DNA of 64,000 nucleotides from a virus (Duplodnaviria; Heunggongvirae; Uroviricota; Caudoviricetes). A program made the translations under genes and the position numbers. Each line of letters starts with the position of its first letter. Position 1 is the first letter of the stretch. The DNA is taken from positions 10,140 to 74,139 of the IMG/VR virus record IMGVR_UViG_3300034082_002445; one strand, written 5' to 3'. Positions 25,725 to 35,068 of this stretch are shown piece after piece. The notes under the pieces were generated by a model. It was not told where the DNA came from, made no database searches, and saw nothing but the letters and a program-made list of their open reading frames with translations.

Positions 25725-25872
25725 TTGCGAAAAGGATCAGATTATTGTACCAAAGCAAATAGCAACTGAAACAAGCATCAAAGAAACAAAGAAGCCCAAG
25801 AAAAAACTTGGGTTTTTTAAACGATTGAAGGCCAGAAGGTTAGCAAAAAAAGCTAAAAATGTTCGCAAGTAA
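25681..25872 (+). CDS. Small putative lipoprotein
   Basis: MKKTLMLLLILAFTSC lipobox-like signal, basic C-terminus; overlaps the previous ORF by 44 nt. Confidence 0.35.
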   Translation: MKKTLMLLLILAFTSCEKDQIIVPKQIATETSIKETKKPKKKLGFFKRLKARRLAKKAKNVRK

Positions 25873-25928
25873 ATTTTTTTATGTCAAAACTTATTAGTAT
25901 ATTAGCTCTATAATTAAAAGATAAAGAT
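25860..25928 (+). promoter_or_regulatory. Promoter cassette (TTTTTATGTCAAA...TATATTAGCTCTATAATTAAAAG)
   Basis: Matches the cassette consensus. Confidence 0.5.
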
Positions 25929-26132
25929 ATGGAAAATACATTAGAACAAACCAAAAAATACTACTTCCAAGGAATTAGATGGGTACCAGGATATGACGAT
26001 TTTGACTTTGATGATTGCGAAGTTGATGCAGTTGATGAGAAATCAGCATGGGATAAATTATTCCAATTTACAAAAAAATGGACGTGGAAGAGAGTAAGTT
26101 TAACACACATTGATAACATTAAAATAGTTTAA
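25929..26132 (+). CDS. hypothetical protein
   Basis: ORF track. Confidence 0.4.
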   Translation: MENTLEQTKKYYFQGIRWVPGYDDFDFDDCEVDAVDEKSAWDKLFQFTKKWTWKRVSLTHIDNIKIV

Positions 26133-26133
26133 G

Positions 26134-26775
26134 ATGAAAATAACTTTAGAAAAAGGACAAAGGGTTTTCTTTACTAGTGATACTCATTATAATCACGCTA
26201 ACATCTGTAAAGCTACTTCACAGTGGCCAGATAGTTCAAGTGTGCGTGACTATAATTCATTGTACCACATGAATGCTGTCTTAATTGATAGCATTAACCA
26301 AATTGTTCGTGAAGACGATATTTTATTTCACTTAGGTGATTGGTCTTTTGGTGGTTTTGATTCTATTGCAGAATTTAGAAACCAACTTAACTGTAAGAAT
26401 GTTCACTTGATTTTGGGTAACCATGACCATCATATTGAAAATGACAAAGAAGGTATCAGATCATTATTTGCATCTGTTAACCACTACTTGTTTTTGACTT
26501 TGGTTCAGCAATCTGATAACAAGCACATCAAACATCGTTTTGTTTTGTGTCACTTTCCTATTGCAAGTTGGAATGGAATGGGTGATGGTGTTATACATTT
26601 ACATGGCCACGTCCATTTGCCTGAACACTCTAGGGTTGCTAAAGGTCGAGCAATGGACGTGGGTGTAGATGGAAACGATTTAAACCCGAACAGTTTAGAA
26701 GAGGTCTTAGATCTTTTAAAAGATCGACCTCAGTGTGCATTGAGTTTACCTAAAGATCATCACGAAAACATATAA
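26134..26775 (+). CDS. Calcineurin-like metallophosphoesterase; candidate 3'-phosphatase / 2',3'-cyclic phosphodiesterase half of a Pnkp-type end-healing enzyme
   Basis: SDTHYNH, LGDWSFGG, GNHDHH, GHVHLPEH metal-ligand motifs; immediately upstream of a P-loop polynucleotide kinase. Confidence 0.65.
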   Translation: MKITLEKGQRVFFTSDTHYNHANICKATSQWPDSSSVRDYNSLYHMNAVLIDSINQIVREDDILFHLGDWSFGGFDSIAEFRNQLNCKNVHLILGNHDHHIENDKEGIRSLFASVNHYLFLTLVQQSDNKHIKHRFVLCHFPIASWNGMGDGVIHLHGHVHLPEHSRVAKGRAMDVGVDGNDLNPNSLEEVLDLLKDRPQCALSLPKDHHENI

Positions 26776-26785
26776 ATAAATTAAC

Positions 26786-27199
26786 ATGACAAAAAAATTA
26801 TACATCGTACGCGGAGTGCCAGGATCTGGCAAATCAACATTGGCCTTAAACTTGGTTGGCTCAGACTTTTTAGTTTGTGAAGCTGATAAGTATTTTATGG
26901 TTGATGGCGAATACAAATTTGATGCTTCTAAATTAAAAGACGCACATGAATCTTGTCGAGCTTTAGTAGAAACCTACATGAAAGATTCATTAATGAATGA
27001 CCAATTCTATCGAGAAATTGCAGTTTCAAATACATTCACACAAGAGTGGGAAATGCAACCTTATTTTGATTTAGCTAAACAATATGGCTATATGGTCTTT
27101 AGCATTATTGTCGAGAATAGACATGGTGGATCCAATCAACACGGTGTGCCAGCTGAAGCTATTCAAAGAATGAAAGATCGTTTTAACGTTAAATTATAA
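26786..27199 (+). CDS. P-loop polynucleotide kinase-like protein (candidate 5'-OH kinase)
   Basis: Walker A IVRGVPGSGKSTLA; small AAA_33/Pnk-like size; adjacent to the metallophosphoesterase. Confidence 0.6.
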   Translation: MTKKLYIVRGVPGSGKSTLALNLVGSDFLVCEADKYFMVDGEYKFDASKLKDAHESCRALVETYMKDSLMNDQFYREIAVSNTFTQEWEMQPYFDLAKQYGYMVFSIIVENRHGGSNQHGVPAEAIQRMKDRFNVKL

Positions 27200-27612
27200 T
27201 GAAATCAACTGACTTAAGAATTGGAAACATCATAGATCTAGGCAATAGGATTGCCAAGATCATTGAGATTAGTCATGAATGTTGTACAGTCGTGGACTTG
27301 GAAGAAACTCAAGACACAATGGAAGACTATGAAAGAGTAAAAGGTCTTGTCTTAACTGATGAGTGGTTTGAGCAATGGGGATTCCATAAAGATGGTGAGT
27401 ATTGGTGCAAAGGTATTTATGACTATAAGTTTTGCTTTAGATACAGAGACTGGGCTAAAAACTGGGCTTTCTATCAAGAGTTCACAGATAGTCCTGACTC
27501 AAATGATGATGGCAAGAAATATCCGATCTCATTTGACATTGAATTTGTTCACCAGATCCAAAACTTATGGCATTCATTATTACATTACGAGATAACACAA
27601 ACAGAAGACTAA
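27199..27612 (+). CDS. hypothetical protein
   Basis: ORF track. Confidence 0.45.
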   Translation: MKSTDLRIGNIIDLGNRIAKIIEISHECCTVVDLEETQDTMEDYERVKGLVLTDEWFEQWGFHKDGEYWCKGIYDYKFCFRYRDWAKNWAFYQEFTDSPDSNDDGKKYPISFDIEFVHQIQNLWHSLLHYEITQTED

Positions 27613-27616
27613 AATC

Positions 27617-27961
27617 ATGATAGAAAAAACAAATTGGCCAGAACCAGTAGTTGAATTAACTAATTTAGCTGTAATGGCCTTTAAGGCCGAGGGTTTATTT
27701 GAAGAAGAACCAGAATTACTAGAAGATTGGTTCTATGAAGCACTTGCAGAAATAGCATTTCCTAAGTTCGTAGCTGGCACAGATATGTGGTGGTCAGAAG
27801 ATGAGATTGACAATGCCATCAATCGAGGTTTAGCCTACTCTATTACTCTTAAATTAAAGGAAGAGGGTTTGATGGATTGGATTGAAGACGAGAATGGTGA
27901 TCAAATGATCTTTTTAACAGAAAAGGGCAAGAAAGTCGGCGAGACTTACAAGAAAAAATAA
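27617..27961 (+). CDS. hypothetical acidic protein
   Basis: ORF track. Confidence 0.45.
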   Translation: MIEKTNWPEPVVELTNLAVMAFKAEGLFEEEPELLEDWFYEALAEIAFPKFVAGTDMWWSEDEIDNAINRGLAYSITLKLKEEGLMDWIEDENGDQMIFLTEKGKKVGETYKKK

Positions 27962-28060
27962 AATGTTCGTAACTTTTTTAGGTCTGGGTGAATTTATTTT
28001 CATCCAGATTTTTTTATGTCAAATATTTGTCGTATATTTACTCTATAATTAAAAAACAAG
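27962..28060 (+). promoter_or_regulatory. Intergenic cassette (ATGTTCGTAACTTTTTT, hairpin tctgggtgaa/ttcatccaga, promoter boxes)
   Basis: C-G to T-A compensatory change in the hairpin relative to other copies. Confidence 0.6.
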
Positions 28061-28279
28061 ATGATAAGAAATAAAGAAGAAAAATCAGGACCGATCATTA
28101 TCGATCTTACAGGACCAGAAGGTAATGCATTTGTCCTTATGGGAATGGCAGCTAAATTCGCAAGCCAACTTAAACTTAACAAAGATAAGATCATTGGAGA
28201 AATGATGTCAGGAGATTATGAACATCTCTTACAAGTATTCGATCGTGAATTTGGTGAATTTGTAATCTTAGAACGATAA
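28061..28279 (+). CDS. hypothetical protein
   Basis: ORF track. Confidence 0.4.
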   Translation: MIRNKEEKSGPIIIDLTGPEGNAFVLMGMAAKFASQLKLNKDKIIGEMMSGDYEHLLQVFDREFGEFVILER

Positions 28280-28282
28280 GCC

Positions 28283-28645
28283 ATGGAGATCTATACATTC
28301 CCACGTAGTCGGTTTTATGGTGATGTTTTTGCCATAGTCAAAACCCTATCAGGTACTTATGTATGTCCAGATTGGCACCCAGTGCCCGATGGGACTACTA
28401 GGGATCAGATCAGGTTCTTCGAAGCAGATAATACGTCTAAAAAACAAGTAGCACCATCAGCTCCTAAAGAGTCCAAACCTAAGCAAGAATGGACAGTAAA
28501 TGGATCTAAAGCTGGTGTAACTTACACAGTTTCAGATAATAATGGCTCTTGGAGCTGCACATGTCCATCAAATAGTTTTCATCGAGGTGACTGTAAGCAC
28601 ATTAAGGCTAAAAAAGCAGAATTGTTCGCAACTTCTGAAAAATAA
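28283..28645 (+). CDS. SWIM zinc-finger protein
   Basis: WSCTCPSNSFHRGDCKHI (CxCxnCxH); the 3' end of the CDS encodes the TTGTTCGCAACTTCTG motif as ELFATSEK. Confidence 0.5.
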   Translation: MEIYTFPRSRFYGDVFAIVKTLSGTYVCPDWHPVPDGTTRDQIRFFEADNTSKKQVAPSAPKESKPKQEWTVNGSKAGVTYTVSDNNGSWSCTCPSNSFHRGDCKHIKAKKAELFATSEK

Positions 28646-28702
28646 ATTTTGGGTTGTCAAATAAATCACGTATATTTACTCTATAATTAAAAGCAAAACA
28701 AC
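28620..28702 (+). promoter_or_regulatory. Cassette copy whose TTGTTCGCAACTT element lies inside the preceding coding sequence
   Basis: ttgttcgcaacttctgaaaaataa...ttgggttgtcaaataaatcacgtatatttactctataattaaaag. Confidence 0.5.
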
Positions 28703-29020
28703 ATGCAAAACATCAAATCACAAATCGAATCATGGGTAGCTAACGAAGCTCAAGCTACAATCAACAGCTATTATGCTGCTCATTTATCTAGTTTAAATGT
28801 TCCTAGACTTACTGTCAAGTTTGGCGTAAAGTACGCTCAAGTCTGGAACGGTACTACTATCTGGGCTTTTATAGCCTTATACAATACTCCTGAAAAAGCT
28901 GAAATAGCAGGTGACTTACTTAAACCAGCATCTTGGAGAGCACCAGCTAAACACAGTCGCGGTAACATCTTAGAAGGTACAGCATCTTATGGTCCTTACG
29001 GTCCAGCTTACATTAAATAA
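28703..29020 (+). CDS. hypothetical protein
   Basis: ORF track. Confidence 0.45.
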   Translation: MQNIKSQIESWVANEAQATINSYYAAHLSSLNVPRLTVKFGVKYAQVWNGTTIWAFIALYNTPEKAEIAGDLLKPASWRAPAKHSRGNILEGTASYGPYGPAYIK

Positions 29021-29021
29021 A

Positions 29022-29240
29022 ATGTTTTACGATATAATTAATTTTAAAAAGAATCTTGGTCTAGACGCCGATAAAATAATGGAATTTTGTTTAGGCGAAA
29101 ACTGGAAGAATATAACCGTTATACAGAGTAGAGAAATGTTTAATAAAAAGTTATCATTAAATTTAACAAACGATAATAACTTTGTAGATTCTGCCCTGAT
29201 AATAAAAGATGCATATTATTCAAAATGTTCGCAACTTTAG
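29022..29240 (+). CDS. hypothetical protein
   Basis: In frame with the ORF-track entry starting at 28989; start moved to ATG 29022, just after the upstream stop. Confidence 0.4.
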   Translation: MFYDIINFKKNLGLDADKIMEFCLGENWKNITVIQSREMFNKKLSLNLTNDNNFVDSALIIKDAYYSKCSQL

Positions 29241-29305
29241 TAAAATAAATTTTTTACTGTCAAATAAATCACGTATATTTACATATAATTAATCAGATAA
29301 ACAAC
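29225..29305 (+). promoter_or_regulatory. Cassette copy (ATGTTCGCAACTTTAG ... ACTGTCAAATAAATCACGTATATTTACATATAATTAATC)
   Basis: Matches the cassette consensus. Confidence 0.5.
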
Positions 29306-29707
29306 ATGAAAAATCAAATTAAAAACTTCGACCGTGCCACTGTTAAATCTCTTCGCTCTGAAATTGACATGGCTTTAGCTGCACTTTCTAAAAAGTATGG
29401 CATTGAAATCTCAACTGGTAATGCTTCCTTCACTGGATCTAATGTAACTTTTAAAGTTCAAGCAGCAGTTAAAGCCTCTAATGGTGTAGTAATGACCAAA
29501 GAAGCTAGTGATTTTGCTCGATACGCATCGACTCTTTTACCAGGTGTTAAAATTGGTGATACAGTTTCTATTCAAGGTAACGAATACGTTATCGCTGGTT
29601 GGAAAACAAGAGCTCAAAAGAATCCAGTTATTGTTACTCGCAATGGTAAATCTTACCGAGTTACTGCAAGTATGATTAAATTTTCATCTTTAAATCAAGT
29701 AAAATAA
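29306..29707 (+). CDS. hypothetical protein
   Basis: ORF track. Confidence 0.45.
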   Translation: MKNQIKNFDRATVKSLRSEIDMALAALSKKYGIEISTGNASFTGSNVTFKVQAAVKASNGVVMTKEASDFARYASTLLPGVKIGDTVSIQGNEYVIAGWKTRAQKNPVIVTRNGKSYRVTASMIKFSSLNQVK

Positions 29708-29712
29708 TTAAT

Positions 29713-30060
29713 ATGACAAAGACACAAGCCCTTAAGTTAGTAGAAATTACTAGTCAACGTCAAGCTGACAATGGTACAGTTTGTTATTTTGATCCAATCG
29801 CTAAATGTACTTATATGAGTTACGAATCTGGTTATGTTCGTCGAGCATACCAAACCAGAAATTGGCGAGGACATCTAATCACGACCATTTATCAAGTCAA
29901 TAAAACTCGTCAAGCAAAAAGAGTTTCTGATTGGTCAGGTTGTGAATACTTTCAAACTGAAAGAATCTTGGTTCCATCTCACGAAGATCGTTTAGATCTG
30001 ATCTGTCGTGCAGCTGTTAATTATCGTCAAACTCTTAGAAAATACACAAAAAATGCTTAA
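29713..30060 (+). CDS. hypothetical protein
   Basis: ORF track. Confidence 0.45.
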   Translation: MTKTQALKLVEITSQRQADNGTVCYFDPIAKCTYMSYESGYVRRAYQTRNWRGHLITTIYQVNKTRQAKRVSDWSGCEYFQTERILVPSHEDRLDLICRAAVNYRQTLRKYTKNA

Positions 30061-31348
30061 AAACCTTCAAAACTTTGTTAACGAGTCAAACTCGTCAAAC
30101 TCAAATACAGATAAGTTGAACGTGCTGAAAAAATATGCACATGATGCAGAAATCTGTAAAATACTCGAGTATACATATAATACTTTTAAGCAATATTATG
30201 TTACTTCTAAAAACTGTCAAAACCGCAGCGACTTGGTCGCTCCAGAAAATATGTATAGCAGCCTTTTTGGGCTTTTGGATGATCTCAGTGATCGTAATCT
30301 CACTGGCCACTCCGCTATTCAAGCAGTCAATGCGTTTGTTGGCGCACATCGTGAATCCGAGGACCTAATCTGGAACATCTTAGATCGTAATCTTAAGACA
30401 AGATCGACTGCCTCTATGATTAACACTGCCATTCCTGAGCTTATTCCAACTTTTGATGTTGCATTAGCACAAGCTTATGATGAAAAAACAGCCAAGAAAG
30501 TCAACTTCAAAGATGGTTGGTATATGAGCCGTAAATTAGATGGTGTACGTTGTATTGCCATTCTAAGAAAAAACGGAGATGTTAACTTTTATTCTCGAGT
30601 TGGTAATGAATTTGAAACTCTTGGCAATCTTAAACTAGAACTTACTCGTTTGGCCCAAGACATCGTTCTTGACGGTGAAATCTGTATGGTTGATGAGAAT
30701 GGCAAAGAGGATTTTCAAGGTATTATCAAAGAGATCAAACGTAAAAATCACACTATCAAACGTCCTAAATTCTTGGTCTTTGACGCATTGACTCATACTG
30801 AATTTATTGAGAAAATGTCAGGTCGTAAATTCTCTGCTCGTCAAGAATATCTGCAAGGTTGGTTTGAAAACTACAATTCAGAATTAGTTTTGACAGAGAA
30901 ACTTGAGCAGATCAGAATCGAGAACGAAGAACAAATGAATGCCTTTATTGCTGAAGGAACCAAAGAAGGTTGGGAAGGTATTATGCTTCGCAAAGATACT
31001 TTCTATCGAGGTAAACGTACAGCTGATGTCTTAAAAGTTAAACAATTCCATGATGCAGAATACACTGTCGTTGATATTCAAAATGGTCCATTCAGAGTTA
31101 TTGTTGATGGCAAAGAAGTCGAAGAAGATGTAATGCGCCATGTGGTTGTCGAGCACAAAGGTTATCGAGTTGATGTTGGATCTGGATTTAGTCTTGAACA
31201 ACGTAGACTTTATAAAGCAAATCCAAATGCTATTCTTGGTAAACAAATCACAGTTCAATACTTTGAAGAATCTTTTAATCAGCATGGTGGCATTAGCTTA
31301 AGATTCCCAACAGTAAAGGCTGTTTATGAAACAGAACGTAATTTTTAA
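30053..31348 (+). CDS. ATP-dependent DNA ligase
   Basis: Motif I SRKLDGVRC (KxDGxR), motif IV EGIMLRK, motif V LKVKQF; the ORF-track start at 30008 is probably too early (ATG 30053 overlaps the upstream stop as ATGCTTAA). Confidence 0.75.
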   Translation: MLKNLQNFVNESNSSNSNTDKLNVLKKYAHDAEICKILEYTYNTFKQYYVTSKNCQNRSDLVAPENMYSSLFGLLDDLSDRNLTGHSAIQAVNAFVGAHRESEDLIWNILDRNLKTRSTASMINTAIPELIPTFDVALAQAYDEKTAKKVNFKDGWYMSRKLDGVRCIAILRKNGDVNFYSRVGNEFETLGNLKLELTRLAQDIVLDGEICMVDENGKEDFQGIIKEIKRKNHTIKRPKFLVFDALTHTEFIEKMSGRKFSARQEYLQGWFENYNSELVLTEKLEQIRIENEEQMNAFIAEGTKEGWEGIMLRKDTFYRGKRTADVLKVKQFHDAEYTVVDIQNGPFRVIVDGKEVEEDVMRHVVVEHKGYRVDVGSGFSLEQRRLYKANPNAILGKQITVQYFEESFNQHGGISLRFPTVKAVYETERNF

Positions 31349-31359
31349 ATATAACTAAC

Positions 31360-31581
31360 ATGAAAGAAAAACTAAAAGGATTCCTTAACTTTTTTAACAC
31401 GTACATACTATGGTTTGGTATGGGTGTAGCGACAATATTCGCATTAGATCTAGCAAATTTTTTAATGACATATCCAAATGATATTGCATTCTTCGCTGGA
31501 CTCTTTATTTACACAACCAGTATCGGTGCAATAGGATACTCAGTTTACACAGTAATTACAAACAATCAAAATAAAAAATAA
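31360..31581 (+). CDS. small two-transmembrane membrane protein
   Basis: ORF track; two hydrophobic helices. Confidence 0.45.
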   Translation: MKEKLKGFLNFFNTYILWFGMGVATIFALDLANFLMTYPNDIAFFAGLFIYTTSIGAIGYSVYTVITNNQNKK

Positions 31582-31583
31582 AA

Positions 31584-32429
31584 ATGAAAATTAAAGCAAT
31601 CGTAGTATTATCAGCATTGATCTTTGGATCAATCTTCTTATTTAATTCATGTGAGCGTATTGACGCAGGACATGTAGGTGTAAAAGTTAACATGTATGGA
31701 TCTGGCAAAGGTGTCGGTGATGTAACAGAGTGCACAGGCTGGGTTTTTTATAATCCATTGACAACAAAAATTTATGAGTTTCCAACTTTCATGCAACACA
31801 AAGAGTACAAGAAATTTGAAGAAATTGACAACTCATTTATCGTAAACTCTAAAGATGGATCTGAGTTTCATGTTTCGCCAATTATTAACTATTCAGTTGA
31901 ACGCGAGAAAGTACCTTTTATCTTTTCAAAATATCGTAGAGAATTAGGTGATATTGAAGAAGGATTCTTAAAGACAACTATTTATGATGCTTTTAGAATG
32001 ACAGCCAATGCTTACACAGCCGAAGAACTAATCTCAAATCGTCAAATCTTTGAAACAAAAGTAAGATCTACATTGGACGCTAATTTATTAAAAGAAGGTT
32101 TTGTTATCAGTCAATTGACTTCAAACTTAATCTATCCTGAAACATTTAAACGTGCAATTGAGGCCAAGAACAATGCAGTCCAAACAGCATTAACAGCTGA
32201 AAACCAAGTTAAAACAGCCGAAGCTCAAGCCAAAATCAAAGTGGCAACAGCAACTGGTAATGCAGAAGCTATGTTAACTGCCGCTAAAGCCGAAGCTGAA
32301 GCTAACCGAATGAAGCAAGTAACTTTGACTCCACTATTATTACAACTTGAGTGGATCAACAAATGGAACGGACAATTGCCTAGTACGATGTTAGGTGACA
32401 AATCAAACACTATGTTTGGTATCAAATAA
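31584..32429 (+). CDS. SPFH / band-7 (prohibitin-like) domain protein with N-terminal membrane anchor
   Basis: Signal/anchor then IDAGHVGVKVNMYG (typical SPFH start), A/E-rich coiled coil at the C-terminus. Confidence 0.6.
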   Translation: MKIKAIVVLSALIFGSIFLFNSCERIDAGHVGVKVNMYGSGKGVGDVTECTGWVFYNPLTTKIYEFPTFMQHKEYKKFEEIDNSFIVNSKDGSEFHVSPIINYSVEREKVPFIFSKYRRELGDIEEGFLKTTIYDAFRMTANAYTAEELISNRQIFETKVRSTLDANLLKEGFVISQLTSNLIYPETFKRAIEAKNNAVQTALTAENQVKTAEAQAKIKVATATGNAEAMLTAAKAEAEANRMKQVTLTPLLLQLEWINKWNGQLPSTMLGDKSNTMFGIK

Positions 32430-32451
32430 ATTTAAATAACTAACATTTTAA

Positions 32452-32486
32452 GATCCCTGTGTATTTTTACACGGGGATTTTTTTGT
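32452..32486 (+). terminator. rho-independent terminator
   Basis: gatccctgtgta-ttttt-acacggggatt followed by T7. Confidence 0.6.
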
Positions 32487-32525
32487 AATAAAAAGGGTAA
32501 TATATACAGAAAAAATCTGATTATA

Positions 32526-33506
32526 ATGCCAAATAAATTCAAATATAATAAGACAGGATCTGAAGCTGACTCTATTTTTAAAGGCAATTGGGCCATTGAC
32601 ACAACCCCAAATAATACAGGTGGTGGACCAAGTTCATTAACTGGTTTTTACAACGGAGCTAATATTCCAGACGGGGGTTACGCTTTATATAGTCCTACTG
32701 GAGTTTTTACTGCGATAAACGATAATGATTTAATTGGTATTGCTAAACAATATGGAGGAACAAACATTAATACTGTTTATGATGCTTTAAGTTATTTTAA
32801 TGGGCAACCTAATTATTTGGTTACTAATATAAATTATCCATCAATTGTTACAAGTGGTTTAACATTAATGAATGATACCGCTTATGTTCCATCTTATCCA
32901 AAAACAGGGACAACATTTAATGATTTAAGTAGTTACAACAACAACGGGACATTATCGAGTGGTGTGACATATAATTCAATTAATGGTGGTGTCTTTTTAT
33001 TTAATGGTATTAGTGGTTATGTTAGTGTTCCCGAAACATCGAGTATTGACATTATAACTAATACGATTTCATTTGGCGGTTGGTGTTATCCAACTAGTAC
33101 TGGTAATTTCCTACATATTATTGCCAAAAATAATGGTCTTAATAGACAATATGGGATGTGGTTATACCTTAATAGCCAAATTCAAATATATCGAGCGTTA
33201 AATGGTGTTGTTGGCCAAACTGGTGTTATAATAAGTTCACCTTGGTCACTTAATGCTTGGAATTATATAATGCTTGTTTATAATGGTTCAACTATTAAAA
33301 TTTATTTAAATGGGAATGAAGTTTCTTCTCAGAACGCAACCGGTAATATTACACATACTAATTCAAATGTTAATATTGGTGGTGAACCTGGTAATGCCTA
33401 TACATTTGATGGTCGAATATCTTCAACTCAAATTTATAATCGAGCGTTATCTGCCTCGGAAATCCTACAAAACTTTAATGCCCTAAAATCAAGATACGGA
33501 TTATAA
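32526..33506 (+). CDS. Structural protein with a concanavalin-A-like (LamG) lectin domain; putative receptor-binding / tail-fibre protein
   Basis: ISFGGWCYP...WNYIMLVYNGSTIKIYLNGNEVSS...RISSTQIYNRALSASEI is typical of LamG; N-terminus paralogous to the minus-strand gene at 5968. Confidence 0.55.
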   Translation: MPNKFKYNKTGSEADSIFKGNWAIDTTPNNTGGGPSSLTGFYNGANIPDGGYALYSPTGVFTAINDNDLIGIAKQYGGTNINTVYDALSYFNGQPNYLVTNINYPSIVTSGLTLMNDTAYVPSYPKTGTTFNDLSSYNNNGTLSSGVTYNSINGGVFLFNGISGYVSVPETSSIDIITNTISFGGWCYPTSTGNFLHIIAKNNGLNRQYGMWLYLNSQIQIYRALNGVVGQTGVIISSPWSLNAWNYIMLVYNGSTIKIYLNGNEVSSQNATGNITHTNSNVNIGGEPGNAYTFDGRISSTQIYNRALSASEILQNFNALKSRYGL

Positions 33507-33507
33507 T

Positions 33508-33567
33508 TCTTGTAAAATAATTCAGCCTGCATTTTTTTATGTCAAATATTTTTAGTATATTAGCAGT
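33508..33567 (+). promoter_or_regulatory. Cassette copy (hairpin then TTTTTATGTCAAATATTTTTAGTATATTAGCAGT)
   Basis: Matches the cassette consensus. Confidence 0.45.
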
Positions 33568-33723
33568 ATGAAAAACAAGAAGAAAAACAAGCCAAATGAA
33601 AACTTGAACGGGTTAAGTTTTCGACATGTTGCAAGTATAGTTCGACGTATGATGATTACAAAAGATCATGGAGACAAGAACAAGTACACTCGTAAAGACA
33701 AATCATGGAAGAAGGATTTGTAA
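33568..33723 (+). CDS. small lysine-rich protein (51 aa); below the ORF-track cutoff
   Basis: MKNKKKNKPNENLNGLSFRHVASIVRRMMITKDHGDKNKYTRKDKSWKKDL; flanked by cassettes. Confidence 0.35.
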   Translation: MKNKKKNKPNENLNGLSFRHVASIVRRMMITKDHGDKNKYTRKDKSWKKDL

Positions 33724-33805
33724 ATTGTTCGTAACTTTTAGATAAAAAGCTTTCCTATATCAAAAGAATTTAGTATATTTACAGTATAACTTAAAAACAA
33801 AAACA
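33724..33805 (+). promoter_or_regulatory. Cassette copy (ATTGTTCGTAACTTTTAG ... TAGTATATTTACAGTATAACTTAAAAAC)
   Basis: Matches the cassette consensus. Confidence 0.5.
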
Positions 33806-34135
33806 ATGACAAAATCAATTATTTTTTTAGTAGTAGCACTTATCGTTGGGGGTATTGCATTTGAGATCTCATCTTATGGTCATGTAAGTACAATTGAAGC
33901 CAAAGTTGAAGGTAAAGAACGAATTACTGAATCTGTTGGAAATAACATTGAATCTTATTATTTGGTCTATACAGACAAAGGAACTTTTAAGCTTGAAGAT
34001 GACATGTTTAGAGGTAATTTCTACTCTAGTGATGTTTATGGGAAACTTAAACAAGATTCTACATATAAGTTTAAAACAGCAGGTTACCGAATTGGTTTCA
34101 TGAGTTCATACCCTAACATTATCGAAGTAAAATAA
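33806..34135 (+). CDS. hypothetical membrane-anchored protein
   Basis: ORF track. Confidence 0.45.
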   Translation: MTKSIIFLVVALIVGGIAFEISSYGHVSTIEAKVEGKERITESVGNNIESYYLVYTDKGTFKLEDDMFRGNFYSSDVYGKLKQDSTYKFKTAGYRIGFMSSYPNIIEVK

Positions 34136-34136
34136 T

Positions 34137-34391
34137 ATGAGAGACGCGGCAAAATATGTGATTATAGATGGTTGTGCAATCATCTTCTCACCTGCAATCC
34201 AACACAAAGACATGGTTGGTTACAATGAAAAAGCAACTGGAGCTGGCTTTGTAAGATTTTCAACAGAAGTTGATAGTTGGGGAGAAACAATTATCAAAGC
34301 AAATGCTTATGGTACTTCGATCTCATTAGGAGTTTCTTCTCAAGAAGGTGACTCAGAAATTTTAACTCGTCAAATCACTAATACTTATTAA
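34137..34391 (+). CDS. hypothetical protein
   Basis: ORF track. Confidence 0.4.
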   Translation: MRDAAKYVIIDGCAIIFSPAIQHKDMVGYNEKATGAGFVRFSTEVDSWGETIIKANAYGTSISLGVSSQEGDSEILTRQITNTY

Positions 34392-34392
34392 T

Positions 34393-34782
34393 ATGCAAAA
34401 GAATTATTTCCAACTAGATCTAGTACACTCGATCACATTAACACATGAACGCGAAACTGGTTACGAATGGTACGATGAAATACCTGCAAAACCAAAAACA
34501 TTCTTAGGAATTCAATATGGTATGACTAAAGCTATTCCAGCTGGTTGGTCAGATTATGAAGGTGGCAGATGGCCGGTACCAACGAGTTCCTTTGATGGCT
34601 ATAAATGGTATCGAGTTGACGAAGCCAATAAGAAAATTTACAACAAAGCGCATGTAGATATTCGATTCAGCTACAAAGAAGGTATTGGACACAACTTTAA
34701 TTCAAATGAAGCGGCTCAAAAATGGGTCGATGAACTAATATTATCTTCAGACAAAAAATTTACAGTAATCATAAACAAATAA
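34393..34782 (+). CDS. hypothetical protein
   Basis: ORF track. Confidence 0.45.
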   Translation: MQKNYFQLDLVHSITLTHERETGYEWYDEIPAKPKTFLGIQYGMTKAIPAGWSDYEGGRWPVPTSSFDGYKWYRVDEANKKIYNKAHVDIRFSYKEGIGHNFNSNEAAQKWVDELILSSDKKFTVIINK

Positions 34783-35068
34783 GATGAAACATTTTGCAGT
34801 ATCACTAGTCTTTATAGCTTTCTTCTCTTTGATTGGAGCAGTATGCTATCTTACACAATCAGCGTGGCCCATGTGGGGTCTTTTATTAACACCATCTTGG
34901 TCTTCAAAATCTAATGACGAAGACAATGAGTAAGATTATTTATATGGAACAAACCCTGGCGTTAATTGCCCGACATGATCCAATACGAGTAGAAGAAATT
35001 ATCAAGTCTGGAAAGATTTTACAGACTGAATCAGGAATCAAATACGTTTTAATACAAGAATAAAACAA